Source: Lepidodermella squamata (Eukaryota; Animalia; Gastrotricha). From it: a stretch of 64,000 nt of DNA. The notes below the pieces were generated by a model. The model saw nothing but the letters and a program-made list of their open reading frames with translations, ran no database searches and had not been told where the DNA came from. Position 1 is the stretch's first letter; each line of letters starts with the position of its first letter. The stretch spans positions 992,001 through 1,056,000 of the forward strand of contig JBLDXI010000028.1 in assembly GCA_047495785.1 (NCBI GenBank). Direction: 5' to 3'. Made by a program: the position numbers and the translations under genes. This document shows positions 12,905 through 27,525 of this stretch, piece after piece.

Positions 12905-14509
12905 ATGACTGTGGACGAACTTTTCGACGTGAAGAACTCGTTCTACCTGGGAAACTACCAGCAATGCATCAACGATGTGCAAACCAAAAAGATCCCGGAA
13001 GGCCTGAAAGCCGAGGCCAACATTTTCCTTTACCGCGCCTATGCTGCCCAGAAGAAGTACTCGGTCGTGTTAAACGACGTTAAGAACGCAAGTTCACCCG
13101 AGTTGAACGCAGTGAAAATTTTTGTTGACTATTTCTCGGCGAAGGCGAACAGGTATGCTAGCTTTCTCAGTCAATTTCTGATGAAATAAATTTTTCGATT
13201 TAGATCGAAGGCTGTGTCAGATTTGGACACTTTGGTAGCAGCAAACAAGACCATGTTTTTCCCACCCGAGCGTTGGCCGTTGTTGGTTCTCGGCGCCACT
13301 GTTTACCTGCATGAAGATGACGTTAAATCAGCGCTAACCCTGCTGAACCAACTCGAGCATATCGAATGCGTAGCCATGAAAGTTCACATCTACCTTGGCC
13401 TTAGCCGAATGGATCTAGCCATCGCTGAGTTGAAGCGTATGCAAGAGTTGGATGAGGACAGCACGCTAACACAGCTTGTTCACGCCTGGGTTCGCCTGGC
13501 TGCTGGCTCTGAGAAGGTCCAGGATGCGTTTTACACGTTCCAGGAGCTGGCGGACAAGTACGGCAGCACGCCGTTGTTGCTCAACGGCATGGCTGCGGCA
13601 CTCATGACCCAGGGCAAGTTCGAACAGGCCGAAACTTCACTCCAGGAGGCTCTGGAAAAGGTTTGTTTCCATAACTCCACCATAAATAGCTTTTCAACTT
13701 TCAATCTGTAATTCGAATAAGATCGAGATGCTCATATTTGAGAAAGATAACACGTTTATATTAAAATTGGATGGGGAGACGATCTCTTTGCGAATTTTAA
13801 ATTCTAAGCTCTAGATAAACAAAGGCCATATCTGATTTAGGATTAATTGCTTGAATCTCAGTTTAAAGTTGAATTTCAATCATCTTCAAGCTTGTTCCCA
13901 ACTTTGCCTCGAACCCTTTATTACATGAGTTACATGAATTTATGGAAAAATGGAATTTTCCACGAAAGCAATTATGTTTGATTAAATTCGAGCTAACCTA
14001 TTTTTTTACAATTTTCCATTTTTTCTGAATTTTTCAGCCTCATTGTCCCTGATTTTTTAAATGCGGCTAAACCAGTTGAAAAATTGAAAATTACTGCTGA
14101 TAAATCTTTAAACTTGAGGTGCCTAATTGTGAAATTTGGCTCAACTCCCGGGTGAATTTGATATTCGCAAATCGATTTTTTTAAACTTCATCCACCTTAA
14201 TGATTGTTGGATTAATATTTATGATCGAAATTATTTAATGAGTGTAATTTTTATTCCAGGATCCGAATAACGCCGACACGCTTGCGAATTTCGTTGTGTT
14301 GAGCGAACACATGAACAAGCCACAGGAAGTGATTGCGCGTTACATTGCTCAACTTACCGAGTCACACACCGAGCATGTTTTTGTCAAAAAGTACACTCGC
14401 TCGGTAAGAAAATGAAATATTCCATATTCCAATAATTTAGTTCATATTTTTCCAGGAAACCGATTTTCAACTTGTCGAAAAGAAATTCGCCCCAGCTGTT
14501 GTGAGCTGA
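12905..14509 (+). CDS. COPE: Coatomer subunit epsilon, 4 exons
   Basis: Exons 12905-13152, 13204-13660, 14260-14403, 14456-14509; MTVDELFDVKNSFYLGNYQQCIN, MQELDEDSTLTQL, QDAFYTFQELADKY. Confidence 0.96.
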
Positions 14510-17500
14510 AAATACCACGAATAATTACTGCTGTCTTCGAGGCAACAAATCGGAGCTTGACTAAGATGAGAAACAAATAACGATAATATTATTTAAAAAT
14601 ATGCCGCGGTGAAAAATTCGCGTTGTGCTCTTGTGTTTACCATCTCAAGTGCTTTTCGTTTATTCGGGCTTACAGCAATTATTCCAGAAGTCGTTTTTGG
14701 TTATTGGGCTGAGTGATAAACTAACGTAAATAAAAAATATAATGACGAGGAAAAAATCGACTTTTTCTTATCCGGCTAGAGGCGAGCAGAAAATACCAAC
14801 GCTCAATTAGTGCTGGCCCAGATGTTATTGCGAGTGCCAATTACAAGGTGTTCAGATGCCGGGTAAACACGTTATCACTATTATCGAATCACGGCACAGA
14901 TAACTCGCCAATTACGAGGCGAATTTGCGAGCGCAGGTAAATAATTGTTTACCCCTCTCAGGTGGGTGTGTAAAACCGGGTCGAAATACTACACTGGTAG
15001 GGTTAACTCGGTGCCAGTGTTTGTCTAATTTGTATCTGCTGCGCGTTGACCTTTGAAGGAGGATGCGCGTGAATCACAATTAGCAGCCGATATAACACGG
15101 GCGTTACATAACGCAAAGCCGTGTTCAGTTATTCTGGTACCAAAATCGCGTGCTGTTTTGATCGCGCGTCATCCGAATCGAGCTCTGATTTGCATTTCAT
15201 TATACAAGCGGCTACTACATATAATAGCGATATCATCATCCTACCAGTGGTTTGCTGAAGGGGGTGGGGAATATATCTTTTTTTTCCTATACCATCATTT
15301 CTGAGTAGACACCCCCGAGTGAGTAAATCATTATGCAAAAGCGTTAAGCTGTTTTTCTAGCGGGCGAAAAATATTTGCGCTGGATGATTGCTGATACGCC
15401 GGCTCGATTATTATTGATTCGCCGAAATCAGTCGACCTATACATATACATGTCGCCAGCTGGGATGTCAAAATGGCTTCTTCGTCTGAAAGATATCTTCG
15501 TCAACAAACGTGTGTGTTATGTGTGTGTCGCACAGCTGCTCTTTTGCGCGTGTGAGTGCGCTAAAGTTGCGCGCGCGCAATTAGGTTTCGCGCGCACTAA
15601 ATATTTCGCGCAGTAATATATTGACACTTCGAAACTATGTGCGAACAATGTGTCAATTCAGCTCGAGTATAATACACATCATTAATATACCATCAATTGG
15701 TCTGAGCTTCTATTATTTTCCTTGCTGCTACTAGTAGTAATAATAGGTGTCTTTATTGTATTATAGCCGATAAATTATATTATATAGCCAGCAATCCGTA
15801 GCGCAAACAAAAATCGACACGCGTGCGCGCTTCTTGACGAATCAGACGCCTTAAATCCGAGTGTGACCCCGTGCGATCTTTATTGACGCCTAATTCTTCG
15901 CCTTCCTATAGGCCTAATAACAGGACGCCTCTCGATGACTATCGTTATAATAATAATAGCCCGCGATTCATCCCGAAAAACAATAATTTTTATCGGGCCT
16001 ATATATAATAAATCGTCGCATTGTTTAGGCTGATTTTATTATCGCTGCAATAACAATACTTTTGGTAATTGGCTTCAATAATTTTAGACACTGCGCTATT
16101 ATTATTTCCTAAATTTTCGCCTATATAGAGAGGGTGAGAATATAAGGCGCAATTAACTACTGGTTAGCGAAGTTAATTTGTGCGAAAATAAAAACGCGCT
16201 GTATAAGTTTTGTTGATTAGTAAGTGGGGAAGGGACGCGAGCGCGTTAAATCTCAGGAATTGACACGCAACTCAAGGCAGGAAAGAACGCTATAAAGCGA
16301 TGCTGCAGCAACAGCCACACCAATAAGCTTATATTATAATATTTTGTAATTTGTTAAACGCTACCCTCATTTCCTCGCAATTTAGTCACCCTGCTACTTA
16401 TATGCTAGCGTTAGTGCGACTAATAACCAACAAAGGCTTGGCCGCGCCGCCGAAAAATTTGCAATATTTTCATTTTTTTCCAGTACACAAAATTACACAA
16501 AATCCGAAACTTGTGATCCGAATTTCCTTCTGATTTTTCACAAGATTTTTTTCCCGTCTTATTTTTACGATTATTATCGATTTTGCCGAATCTCAAATAA
16601 GATATTTATACCGACCGAACTATCCCAATATAAATTGCTAATATTTTTTTTAAATATGGCGGAACTAATAAAATGCACCAAAACCATAGCGCAATACGGA
16701 ATTTTTTTCGTACTATAATTGACTGGCAACTTGTTTCACCATTTTTTTATTCATCAGCGAATATTTCAGAAATTTTGCTTTTCGCAACTATTATTCGGCT
16801 CGGTTTTCAAGAATCCATGTCAAAAATTCTGTAATTTTTGTTGTTCCCTTTCAATTTTGGAGTATTTGAGGCTTTAAGACGCGCTAATTTTTTCCTAATT
16901 TAATTTCAATGATACTCGACAAATTCACTGGTAATTATAGATTAGCCGCGTTTTTACATGTCACTCTTATAGCTGCGTTCACAATAGGCAACAAATGTAA
17001 CGTGAAAACGGGCCATCCAACCATCAATAAGCAGCTTTTGACCGAGTGAGCGAACGGGGTCGGGTTGACAAATGACGACACTCGGCCTTGTCATCATCCT
17101 AATAATAACAACGATGGTACAATCACATAAGGCTGTCTCTCATTTCATCAAAGATAGTTAGATACATGACACATGTTTTGACTCGTGTATAAATAATTAC
17201 AGGTTAGACCCTTCTTATACTGCTCGCCGTAGTAGTTAGTGTAATATAACGTATATAGCAATGCGGGTAAAATATCTTACATTTTATTAAAGTAGAAATG
17301 AAAAACCCGGTTTCTATGTTTGTATTTCGCCGCGAGTTTACCACATTTTATACTACATCAGGTGATGTCTACACTGTGCTGTCTGCTTTTCTTGACCGCG
17401 TGTCGGCGACTGGCTCAAAGGCTGGTCCATAAAAATGCCGTGTTTTACAAGTGCGCGCGCGTCACTTTGCGCGCTTTCCACGCACAAGTTGCGCGCGCAG

Positions 17501-17818
17501 TACACATTTTATGCGCGTCACTTGACTGGGTTATATCATCATCACCGGCCCGCCACCGTTTACAAGAAAGCGCCATAAATTATTTTTTAACAGTGCGTTA
17601 TCGCTACTTTTTTGCGCGGATATTATTTATAATATCATCATTATCTTTTATTTTCCCACAACAAAAGCATGGAAAATTAATTAATTTTTTTTGCTTCATT
17701 TCTAGAGATTTTTTAATATAATTACAAGGATGATTATACCAAATTTATCTCGCCGTAATTATTTGTTGTGAGCTGCCGCTATTAATCATCATTTTTACCT
17801 GATAATTTCCGCAAATAA

Positions 17819-19376
17819 ATGTCACAATTAAAATCAGCGCTTATTTCCGTCTTCGTTTTGCTGAGTTGGATTGCAACGACAGCTGATGGCCAGTATCAGA
17901 TTCGGCAAACTCGTCTATCTTCCCTGGAGAAGCAGCAAAGGAAGAAATGTTCGAGAGAAATTCAGTTCTGTACCCGGCAGAATATCGATGTTTTCGGACT
18001 TTTCGTCCAAACTGTACTCAGCATCGATATGCGGCGAGTTAACAACGATGAAGCTCATCAAATCACTGAAAATGTAAATTTCATTTTTAAATTTTAAATT
18101 TTTCGAAGAATTTTCAAAAATATTTCAATTCGGATTTTACAGTATTTTTTCGTCGAAACTCGTGGATTTTTTCATATATTATTCTGATTTTTTTTCAGTT
18201 GTGTATAACTTTCCGGCCGATTTTCGAATGCATCGAACGGCGGAATGCGTCGTGGTGCAGCGTGTCGGTCAACCAGCAGTCCCCTAACAAGCTCTTTCAC
18301 ATCAGCTATTTTGTACTCGTTTGCGAACTGGCGAAAATCTGGCGCGAATGTTCCGTCGTTGGCAACAGCATCGAAGACGGCGCTCAATCTAACAAAGTTA
18401 CCTCCGTATGCAGGTAAGGAATGCTAACCGAAGCTCCTTTTTCAAATTAAATTTAAAAAATTTTGAAAATTAAAAAATGGTTTTAGAAAAGGGCTGAATT
18501 TCAAATAAAAAATTTTGAAATCAAATAGCGCGAATATTTCTAGAAATTCAAACTTTAATGAATTTCCTATATAAATGGAATTTTTCCAAACATTTCACTT
18601 TTTATTTTGAATTTGGATATTGAAAGTTTTTGATAAATGAATTAATGAATATTTTGTATTTTAGTGATCACTTCCCGGCGTTACATCGCGAAGCCGAGCA
18701 ATTACGGCTATTGAACAATCCGAAAGGCGTGTCCCAATCTAAAAACGCAATAGCCGCGACCCCTGACGCGTCAATGATGGCCGATCAGCAGCCATCAATG
18801 ACCCAATCTTCGTTCGCCTCAATGGAACTGATCCTGCTTAACATTACCGAATCTCACTGCGAGGACATTATGATGTTCACAGGGTGCCAATTGCACTGGA
18901 CACGGTCGATTTGCGGCAGTCGAGCCTACGACATTGTCCGGCGATTATTCGCGGCGTATAACGACATGTCGGGGAAGCGATGCTCAGGGCACCACGAATT
19001 GCAGGACGTTGATTTCGAGGTGCTTGAGCGGAAATACGTCGAGCGGTATTTATACCTAGGCGGGACTACGAAAGACCCGAATAATTTAACGACTTTCACC
19101 ATCGCCCAGCCTGATAAAGCTCCAGCGCAGCAAGCGACGCGTGACGCGGGCGACGACACGCCTCAGCAGTTGGTTGATTCCGATTCTGATCAGGCCATGT
19201 TTAAGGAGGGCGCCGATAAAAAATTGGCGATTAATTTGCCGAATGTTAAGCAGACTATCGAAGTTGGCGGCGATTCGCCGGCTTCTGGGCCACTCAACTC
19301 GTTCAGCAACCACTGTCACGCTTCATTGCTTCTGGTCACTGCCGTTTTCTCAGCTACGCTTTTCTTGCTTTCTTAG
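17819..19376 (+). CDS. Uncharacterised cysteine-containing secreted protein, probably GPI-anchored, 3 exons
   Basis: Exons 17819-18073, 18199-18413, 18665-19376 join in frame. N-terminal signal peptide, spaced Cys pairs, hydrophobic C-terminus with no cytoplasmic tail. Confidence 0.75.
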
Positions 19377-20818
19377 AAAAAATTATCAAAATTTTGAAAA
19401 TTGAAATTTTCCAAAAATTACCGCGGAATTACCGAATTCGGGTTTTTTCGGGCGTTGAAAAATTTGTTCGCAAATACCGGAATTCGGCATCTTTACCATT
19501 TTTCGGTTTTTCCAAGGTTGCTATATTGTCTATTCTGAAAAATACAAAAAAATTCCGAATTCGGGTTTTGCGGGAAATTCCCAGTTAAATGCCCGATTTT
19601 TCTGAAATTTGCAATTTTTCTCAATATTAATCACTGAAATTTGCCTCAAATCAGGGTGTTAAAACTTTGAAATTCGGGATTTTCTTTCCAAATGTTGACC
19701 TCCGAGGATTTCGAACTAAATTGCCAGTCTCTATTGTTCCATAAATTTAGCTAAAAAATTCCCAGTTTTTTCTGTTGGCTCGAAAGTTACTACCCTAATC
19801 ACTTTCTGAAAAATTCATTTTAGCATTGCTTTATAAGAAAATTTTAAACATTCGAGTTGCGAGGTTGTACCCCATTATTATTTTTCCCCCTTTTCCATCG
19901 AGGAAACATTGAAAAATGTTTAAAAAATTTATAATCAATTTTTATGTAAATATCTAGAAAACAGATATAGGTTGAAAGATCTTGTCAGCTGACTTTTTCT
20001 TGTGCCACGGCTACTTCTCAGACTCAACGCTACCCTGTTGTTAGATTCCATCATCATCATCATCATCATCGCCATTCATTTTCTACCTTGATGTAACCCT
20101 CATTATATATGATTGTAATCGAAAAATGTATAGTCATTATCAAAAAATTCATGTGTATCATAAAAAATGTTAATTAATCTTAATCAGTTTAAAAATGCTA
20201 TTATTTATTACCTGATAATTGCTGTACATTCTGAAGAAGAAGAAAGGAAAGAATTTGATAATAAATTTTTGATGATTTCAGTATATAGTTGGCTTGTTTT
20301 TCGCTCCTTCCAGCAATTATGCGCATTGGTATAATGACTTTCACGTGGAATTATTGCATTAAGACTAATCGATAAGTCTGGAAGAGAACTCTTGAAAGTG
20401 TTTGCCGAATTGATTGCTGGCCGATGTTTTCGAAGGTGGAAAAGGCCTCATTCTCTATAAACAACTTTGAACGGATTTCTGCGGACAAGCGAATTATAAT
20501 CATGGCGAAGGCGCATTGTTTGCGCGATCGAGAATTTTAGTTGGCGGCAAAAAATGCGCGACCATACACCGGAAAGTTGCTTCAAATTTGCAGGCTGAAA
20601 TAAGGACAATCGATTTCTTTTTACAGTTTCAATGATTTATGATTTTTGTCACTCAATGCTCTCAGACCTTGTTACGGAATCCACACAGACGTACGACGCG
20701 ATTTGAAACGCGAACATGTATTGTTTTAAAAATTTTTAGGGATCAGGTTCACCCCGCACGCAAATTAAATCATAAATTTTTCAAATCCTGGCTATTTACC
20801 ACGCTGCCGAATTTTTGC

Positions 20819-21200
20819 CAGGGTGGATCAATTATCTCTTAATTTTAATAATTTATGACAAAATTTGCGCGTAGGTGAGCATTATTACTGTACATTTGTT
20901 GAATTTTACAAATAATGTACTTGCTTATTAAGTGCGAATTTGTCAATAACAATCATACATTTTTTAAATTGCGGAAAAAATTGATTCACCTTGTTGTCGC
21001 GATTTGGAACACGCAATAAAAGTCATAAATTTGTTGTTATACGTTTTTTTCTCGAATTAATAAATTTATGATATTTATTGCCTTGATATTACCCACTTCG
21101 CAATATGAAATACGAACATGTTTTACGCATGTTATCAGGCTCACCCACGCGCTAATTAAATCATAAATTTTTTAAATTGAGAGAAAATTGATCCACCCTG
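20819..21200. mobile_element. Degenerate MITE with CAGGGTGGATCAATT ends (hAT-like termini)
   Basis: About 60-bp imperfect inverted repeats; no clear target-site duplication. Confidence 0.5.
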
Positions 21201-21847
21201 GCCAGTTTTTTTGGCAAAAGTTCTGCAGTATAGCGGCGAACTTTATTTGCTAAAAAAAATCGGTTCCTATCTACGCACTTTTTACGCTGGGAAAAATATG
21301 TGTGCGTGCGCGAATTTGTAAACAGGTTCGGGGAAACATTTATAAAGATTAGTGAACCCGGCACAAGTCATGGAACTTTTTTTCTTCCCTGATTTATGAA
21401 AGCTCATCAGAAGAAAGTTTTCTACATACCTCTATTATGCGCTGCTTTTCAGGGTGAGCTTAGTAGCTGCATGAGAAGCTTCCGATGATCTGGGAAAGAG
21501 TCAAAATAGAAGTAGGATAGGTGGGCGTCCTGATTCGTAAAAAGCAACGCGAGGGACAGCTGTTTACAATTCAATCAGTTTGGCCATGAACAGCCAAACT
21601 GATACCTTAGAGACTTTTGGCGCCTAAGACCGCACTTGCGCGCGGTTTTAGTCAATTATAGCTAATTAGAGCACGGCTCTCCCGCGCGGTTTGAGCTTTT
21701 AACAACAGGTGGGTTTTTAATAAAAATAAAAATGTTAAAGTCTCGGAATTCTACTACAAATGTGGGTTCGCCATTATTTGGAAATCGGTTTTAAGTGTCT
21801 TCTTCGTTTTAATAACTCAGCAATAGTTAAACTTTAACTGATTTATT

Positions 21848-23547
21848 ATGCTGATCATGACAATAACTATCGCATTGCTTTTCCTACCGGTCCTCGTCAA
21901 CGCAGCTTCTGTTTGGAACTGGACGGATGCTCCTTCAAACTATTTGAAACCGCGTCTTTTCGAGCTATGCCCAGTACTAAAGAGCAATGGCCTGCCATCC
22001 GACTTGCAGATAATCTCTGGCAACTACACTAAACCGCTAGCAACGACCTTCTCATCCTATGCTTGTACCATCGACAAAATCGACGATGTGGGAATGAGGT
22101 AAATCATTATCATCAACCCAAGAGAACACCCTTAATCTCAGGCTGAAGCATCATATCTCCCAAAAATGTTCCATCATGTTTCTTGCATTCGCTGACCAAA
22201 TTGTGTGTTTAGCGTGACCATCAACATGATGTTGCGGTTGAAGTGGAACGTATCGTGTGGCCGTGATATTCGTGAAGAACTCCTGCCTGGTTACACTTCG
22301 ATTCCGGAATGGAAACGAACGGCGATCAACTTGCAAGTTCCTAAAGAAGAAGTTTGGTGGCCGGACATTCAGCACCTTAATCCTGTCGACGTTTCTCGGC
22401 CATTCAGGAAGTTAGTTTGCAATCAATTCTGCTCTAGACCCTTTGAATAAAATTCAAGCAGTTTTATTGAAATAACCACCCAGTATCACCAAAATCTTAC
22501 ACTGGTGCAGATTCCGTTTGAATTCCAATGCTCCCCATCTAAGCTTTTGATAGAATCGCCAAGAGGCTGCTTCAGAGACGACCTATATGCGTTTGGGGTT
22601 CTAAAGTTTCAGACCTCTTTGGGGTTCCACCTAAAAGACTTAACTGTTATCCCCAATAACATGTCTTCAAACAATTGAGTACCTTGACTTCGAAATTGGG
22701 AAAATTCGGCGACTTTGGCTATCCAACATACCCCATTCTAATGCATTGCCCCATTTCCGAAGGTCATAATGATTGCCAATGCTTCACTATCATTTCTCTA
22801 ACATTCCCATCTCATTGCAGCGAGCGAACTGTTTACATCAATCCTTTCCTCCCCGAGCCACGCATGAGAATGGATTACATAGGCCTGACAACAACCAAGT
22901 GTTCCGGGTTCAACTACCAGAAGTTTCCCTTCGACTCGGCAATATGCACTATGGAGTACGAACTCGACTACGACATGAATGACGTCACTATCACTCTAGA
23001 AAATGCAGCTCTGTACCCCGAGTGTCGACCCCTTCTACCAGACGACATATGGGCCTTTGTAAGCTACAACGGATCAGTGAAAAATTTCTACAACTTCCAC
23101 CACGTAACTGTGAAGCTTGTGCTGAAGAGGAAGTACATGTACTACATTGGCAATATCTTTGTACCTGCTATGGGATTGTTCGTACTTCAAGTTTTCGGCT
23201 TGGTTATGCACCCGGCACATCCCGACCGGCCGACGTTTTGTGTGACGATCAACTTGGCTGTAGCTGTTTCGCAGACTTTGGTTTCTAACTTAATTCCGCG
23301 AACCTCGCAGGAGATTTACATTATCGACGTCATGATTGCTTATACAATCGTGTGCCTTCTTATCACTATGTACACCTTGGCATCTTGTACAGCTGCAGCT
23401 TCGAAAACTTTCCGGCGCAAGATCAGTTTTTGCTGCGGCAAAGCATCTATTTCGGTGATTCGCTTGCTGGATGTAATCGTTGCTCTCCTTGCGAGTACTA
23501 CCGCCATAATTGTGCTTGGTGCTTACGGGTACTTGATGAATAGCTGA
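21848..23547 (+). CDS. Divergent nAChR-like pentameric ligand-gated ion channel subunit (paralog 1), 3 exons
   Basis: Exons 21848-22098, 22213-22410, 22821-23547. Signal peptide, WWPDI, Cys-loop CSGFNYQKFPFDSAIC, LKRKYMYYIGNIFVP pre-M1 and four hydrophobic helices. Confidence 0.9.
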
Positions 23548-24121
23548 AGCCACTGATGGAGACAATCAATGAGCAAAAAAGCGCGATGCCACCTAACTAC
23601 AAGCATGTGATATTTTGAATTTTTGAAGGTTTTTAAATTACTTTGTCCAGATCCTCATTTCTGCATTTTTACACGAACTATAACAGTAACCCTGATGACC
23701 GAATAAAACGATATTGAGATATTTAGCAGACTTCCAGATTGTGAATAATGTCTCACAATATTTTGGTATATCATGAAAAGTCGAGCTGCGCAAACAAATG
23801 CGTCGTACAACCATTATGCAGCTGAAATTAGCTGCCTCGAACGGATTTCCAAAATCAGCATGCATTGCAGGTTTTGGGGCAACCCAAGATAGTTGAAAAG
23901 TTAAGTTGGTAAAACGTTCGAAATTGAGGAAAAACACTGTGAACTGCATACCATCCATTTTCGATTTTCAATGCATGGCTGAATTGCAAAACGCAAAACC
24001 GAAAATTATTTGATTGATTCTATTTCTGTAAGGAACTTGGGAACATTGTTATGTTTATTGTACTGCGATTATGCCGTGATTATTACGTTGTCGTTGATAC
24101 TTCATCGTTCGGTCCTCTTAA

Positions 24122-24626
24122 CACTTTAAATGCCAAAAATAGACTGCGAGGTCCGATATTTGGGTCTAATTCCTGGGTCTGTCAAAAAGTCTTTTATTTC
24201 GGGTCAACGATGCGTCGAGGAGCAAAATGCCTGACGGCAAAGTGTAGGCCATGACCTGGCGGTTCTTTTGACACCGAATTCGGGGCCAAAGACTTCAAGG
24301 AACGCACAGAAATCAAACTTGAAAAACAGTGAAATTTCGATTGTTGCGCCATAATCTGGGTCTAATAATTAGGTCCAATTCTTGGGTCTGATTTTTGGCT
24401 CTAATCCAAAATTTTCGACGTTATTTCACTGTCATTTTCAATGACCTGCTCAGACCTTGTGGCCCCGAATTCGGTGTCAAAAGAACCGCCAGGTCATGGC
24501 CTACACTTTGCCGTCAGGCATTTTGCCCCTCGACGCATCGTTGACCCGAAATAAAAGACTTTTTGACAGACCCAGGAATTAGACCCAAATATCGGACCTC
24601 GCAGTCTATTTTTGGCAGTTAAAGTG
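24122..24626. mobile_element. piggyBac-type MITE (long foldback)
   Basis: About 175-bp near-perfect terminal inverted repeats with TTAA on both sides (24118-24121, 24627-24630). Confidence 0.88.
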
Positions 24627-25022
24627 TTAAACATCTTGATTGTATGATTTCAATCATTCTGGTTATTTTCAAAGTAATAAAGCAAGTTGTTGCCGAAGCA
24701 CAAGTCTTTTCATGACAATTTCTGTTTTAAACTTAGAATAATTCCGGTGCCGTATACTGAAGATCCTATACTTACTGTACGTGCGATAATGCTAAGCACA
24801 TACTTGCAACTTGCAAGGAGTCTTGAGCTAGAATCCTAGCCGTTTATTTACCGAAAGCTATTCTTCAAATCGAATACTTATACGACTACGTTTCATTGGT
24901 ATAAAATTGGATAAACAAACCCGATAAGAATCCGCGTATTCGCGCGTGTAGTTTAAAATTTTGATAGCATTTTGAGTAGTAATATCGAATTTTAGTAAAA
25001 TCGTTATTACATTTTCGATAAA

Positions 25023-27193
25023 ATGAATTACGAAGTGACGTTTTCCATAGTCTTCCTCCCAATTCTCAGTGATGCCACTTCTGTTTGGAACTGGACTGAT
25101 GCTCCCTCAAGCTATTTGAAAGACCGCCTGTTTGAAGTATGCCCCATACTACGGGGCAATACACTGCCGTTCGACATGCAGCTGACATCGGAGAACTTCA
25201 GCCAGCCGCTCGCAACAGCATTCGCCTCGCAAGCCTGCACGATCGACAAAATTGACGATGTTCATATGAGGTAACTCAATAAATTTAGGCTTTTTCGATA
25301 CACCTTTTTTCATTTGCAATTTCATTATTTTTATTAAAGAAAAACGCGTTTATTTTTTCATGATCATCAGCGTATTCATTTAATTCATTTTCTTACTTTT
25401 TTCTACCTAAGAATTTACTCGATCTTCGAAGGTTCGCTGTATGCGAATACGAAACCCGAATGGGATGAATTATATATCAAATTGAAGCTAGATATATAAT
25501 CTTTTCAAATATGCGATCAGATCGGCAAAATCATTATTTGTTTCGCAGAAACTAAGCAGTAAGTAGAATGAACTGCAAAGATGTTTTCCTTGGGTAGTTT
25601 TTATATTTTATAGGTATAAGGCCCCTCCCTCCTCCCCAAAAACGATTAGAACAATCAGGCGAAGGTGATATCTCGAGTAGAAGCGATAGAACCTCAAAAA
25701 ATTTGGCTTTAGTAGCATTTTGGGCAATAGCTTACGCGGGTGCTGAGGTAGTTTTCACAAATATTGCTTTGGTTTCATCATGAAATGATGAAATTAGCGA
25801 AGACTAAGTAATAGAATAGTTCCTTAGCAGTTATTTGTTGAAAAATAAACATAATTGTAGGTAAAATCAGAAGAAACTTTCCGAACAACCAGTCGGCTAA
25901 AACGTTGAATACCTTCAATAACAAAATGGCATCCAGTCTTTTAATATCACAGCTAGATAGATCAGATCTCTAGCTTCAATTTGATATATAGTTCACCCCA
26001 TTCGGGTTTCGTATTCGCATACAGCGAACCTTCGAAGATCGAGTAAATTCTTAGGTAGAAAAAAGTAAGAAAATGAATTAAATGAATACGCTGATGATCA
26101 TGAAAAAATAAACGCGTGTTTCTTTAATAAAAATAATGAAATTGCAAAGGAAAAAAGGTGTAGCTATCAATAGTACGGTTCTTTAGTATCACCATCAATA
26201 TTTTCATGTGGTTGGCGTGGAATGTATCGTGTGGCCGTGACATTCGTGATGAGCTCCTGCCTGGCTATTCCAATTTGATACCGCAGTCTAAACAATCATC
26301 GATAGTTTTGCATGTTCCAAAAGAGGATGTTTGGTGGCCGGATATTCAGCATCTGAATCCTGTCGATGTTTCACGGCCATTTAGGAAGTAATTTTCATCA
26401 TTTAGGCTTAACACATTAAACACTATGGAAGCTATGCATTAACTGACCTGATTTTGTTGAATTTAGTGAGAGAACTGTCAACGTATATCCATTCCTACCG
26501 AAACCGAAGTTAAGAATCGATTACATTGGCCTAACTTCAACCAAATGTGATGGCTTCAATTATCAAAAGTTCCCCTTCGACACAGCTGTTTGCACTATGG
26601 AGTACGAGTTGGACTACGGCATGGATGTCATTACAATCTCGCTAGAAAGCGCAGCTCTTTATCCCGAATGCCGAGCCATCCACCCCGACGACATCTGGAC
26701 TTTCATCAGCTACAACGGCACATTGAAAGAGTTTAACAATTTCCATCACGTTACCGTGATGCTTGTGCTGAAGAGGAAGTACATGTACTACATTGGCAAT
26801 ATCTTTGTACCTGCTATGGGATTGTTCGTACTTCAAGTTTTCGGCTTGGTTATGCACCCGGCACACGCCGATCGGCCGACGTTTTGCGTGACGATCAATT
26901 TAGCTGTTGCTGTTTCACAGACGTTGGTTTCCAATTTAGTTCCAAGAACATCGCAACAGATTTACATCATTGAAATAATGATAGCTTATACAATTCTTTG
27001 CCTCTTGATTACAATGTACACCCTGGCGGCATGTTCAGCTGCTGAATCGAAAATGTTTCAGCGCAAGATTCGCTTGTTTTACGGACAACAATGTATTACG
27101 TTGATTCGTCTGCTTGATGCGATTGTAGCTTTCCTCGCGAGTACTGCCGCTTTGATTGTGCTTACATTTTATGGAATCTTGATGACTAGTTAA
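25023..27193 (+). CDS. Divergent nAChR-like ion channel subunit (paralog 2), 3 exons
   Basis: Exons 25023-25270, 26187-26387, 26467-27193; same intron positions and motifs as paralog 1. Confidence 0.9.
25301..26160. mobile_element. Foldback MITE with TA target duplication in intron 1 of receptor paralog 2
   Basis: About 190-bp near-perfect inverted repeats CACCTTTTTT...AAAAAAGGTG flanked by TA; absent from the short equivalent intron of paralog 1. Confidence 0.9.
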
Positions 27194-27525
27194 ACCTTGA
27201 AAATAAGGACCGCTCTAGATAGCTAAATGCGCCCTAATATTTTTGAAAAGGTCTGCCTTTCTCCGTTTCTATTTTACCACAGGTGCATGCAAGATAAATA
27301 AAAAAGACAGCCTGCAACCCTACAACTTCTTCGGGACATGAGACGTAACATTCACAAAAGCTCGAACACTTTTGCAGAGCAATGAGCATGTAAGTTTTGT
27401 TGACAGGCCAAGCTTGAGAAAACAATATTCTGGTCATACAAGTACGTTCAATTTTTCCTGTTGGATGAAAAAAACTCACATTAAAACATGTGAAAAGATA
27501 CTTAACACTGACAAGTACAAAATTC

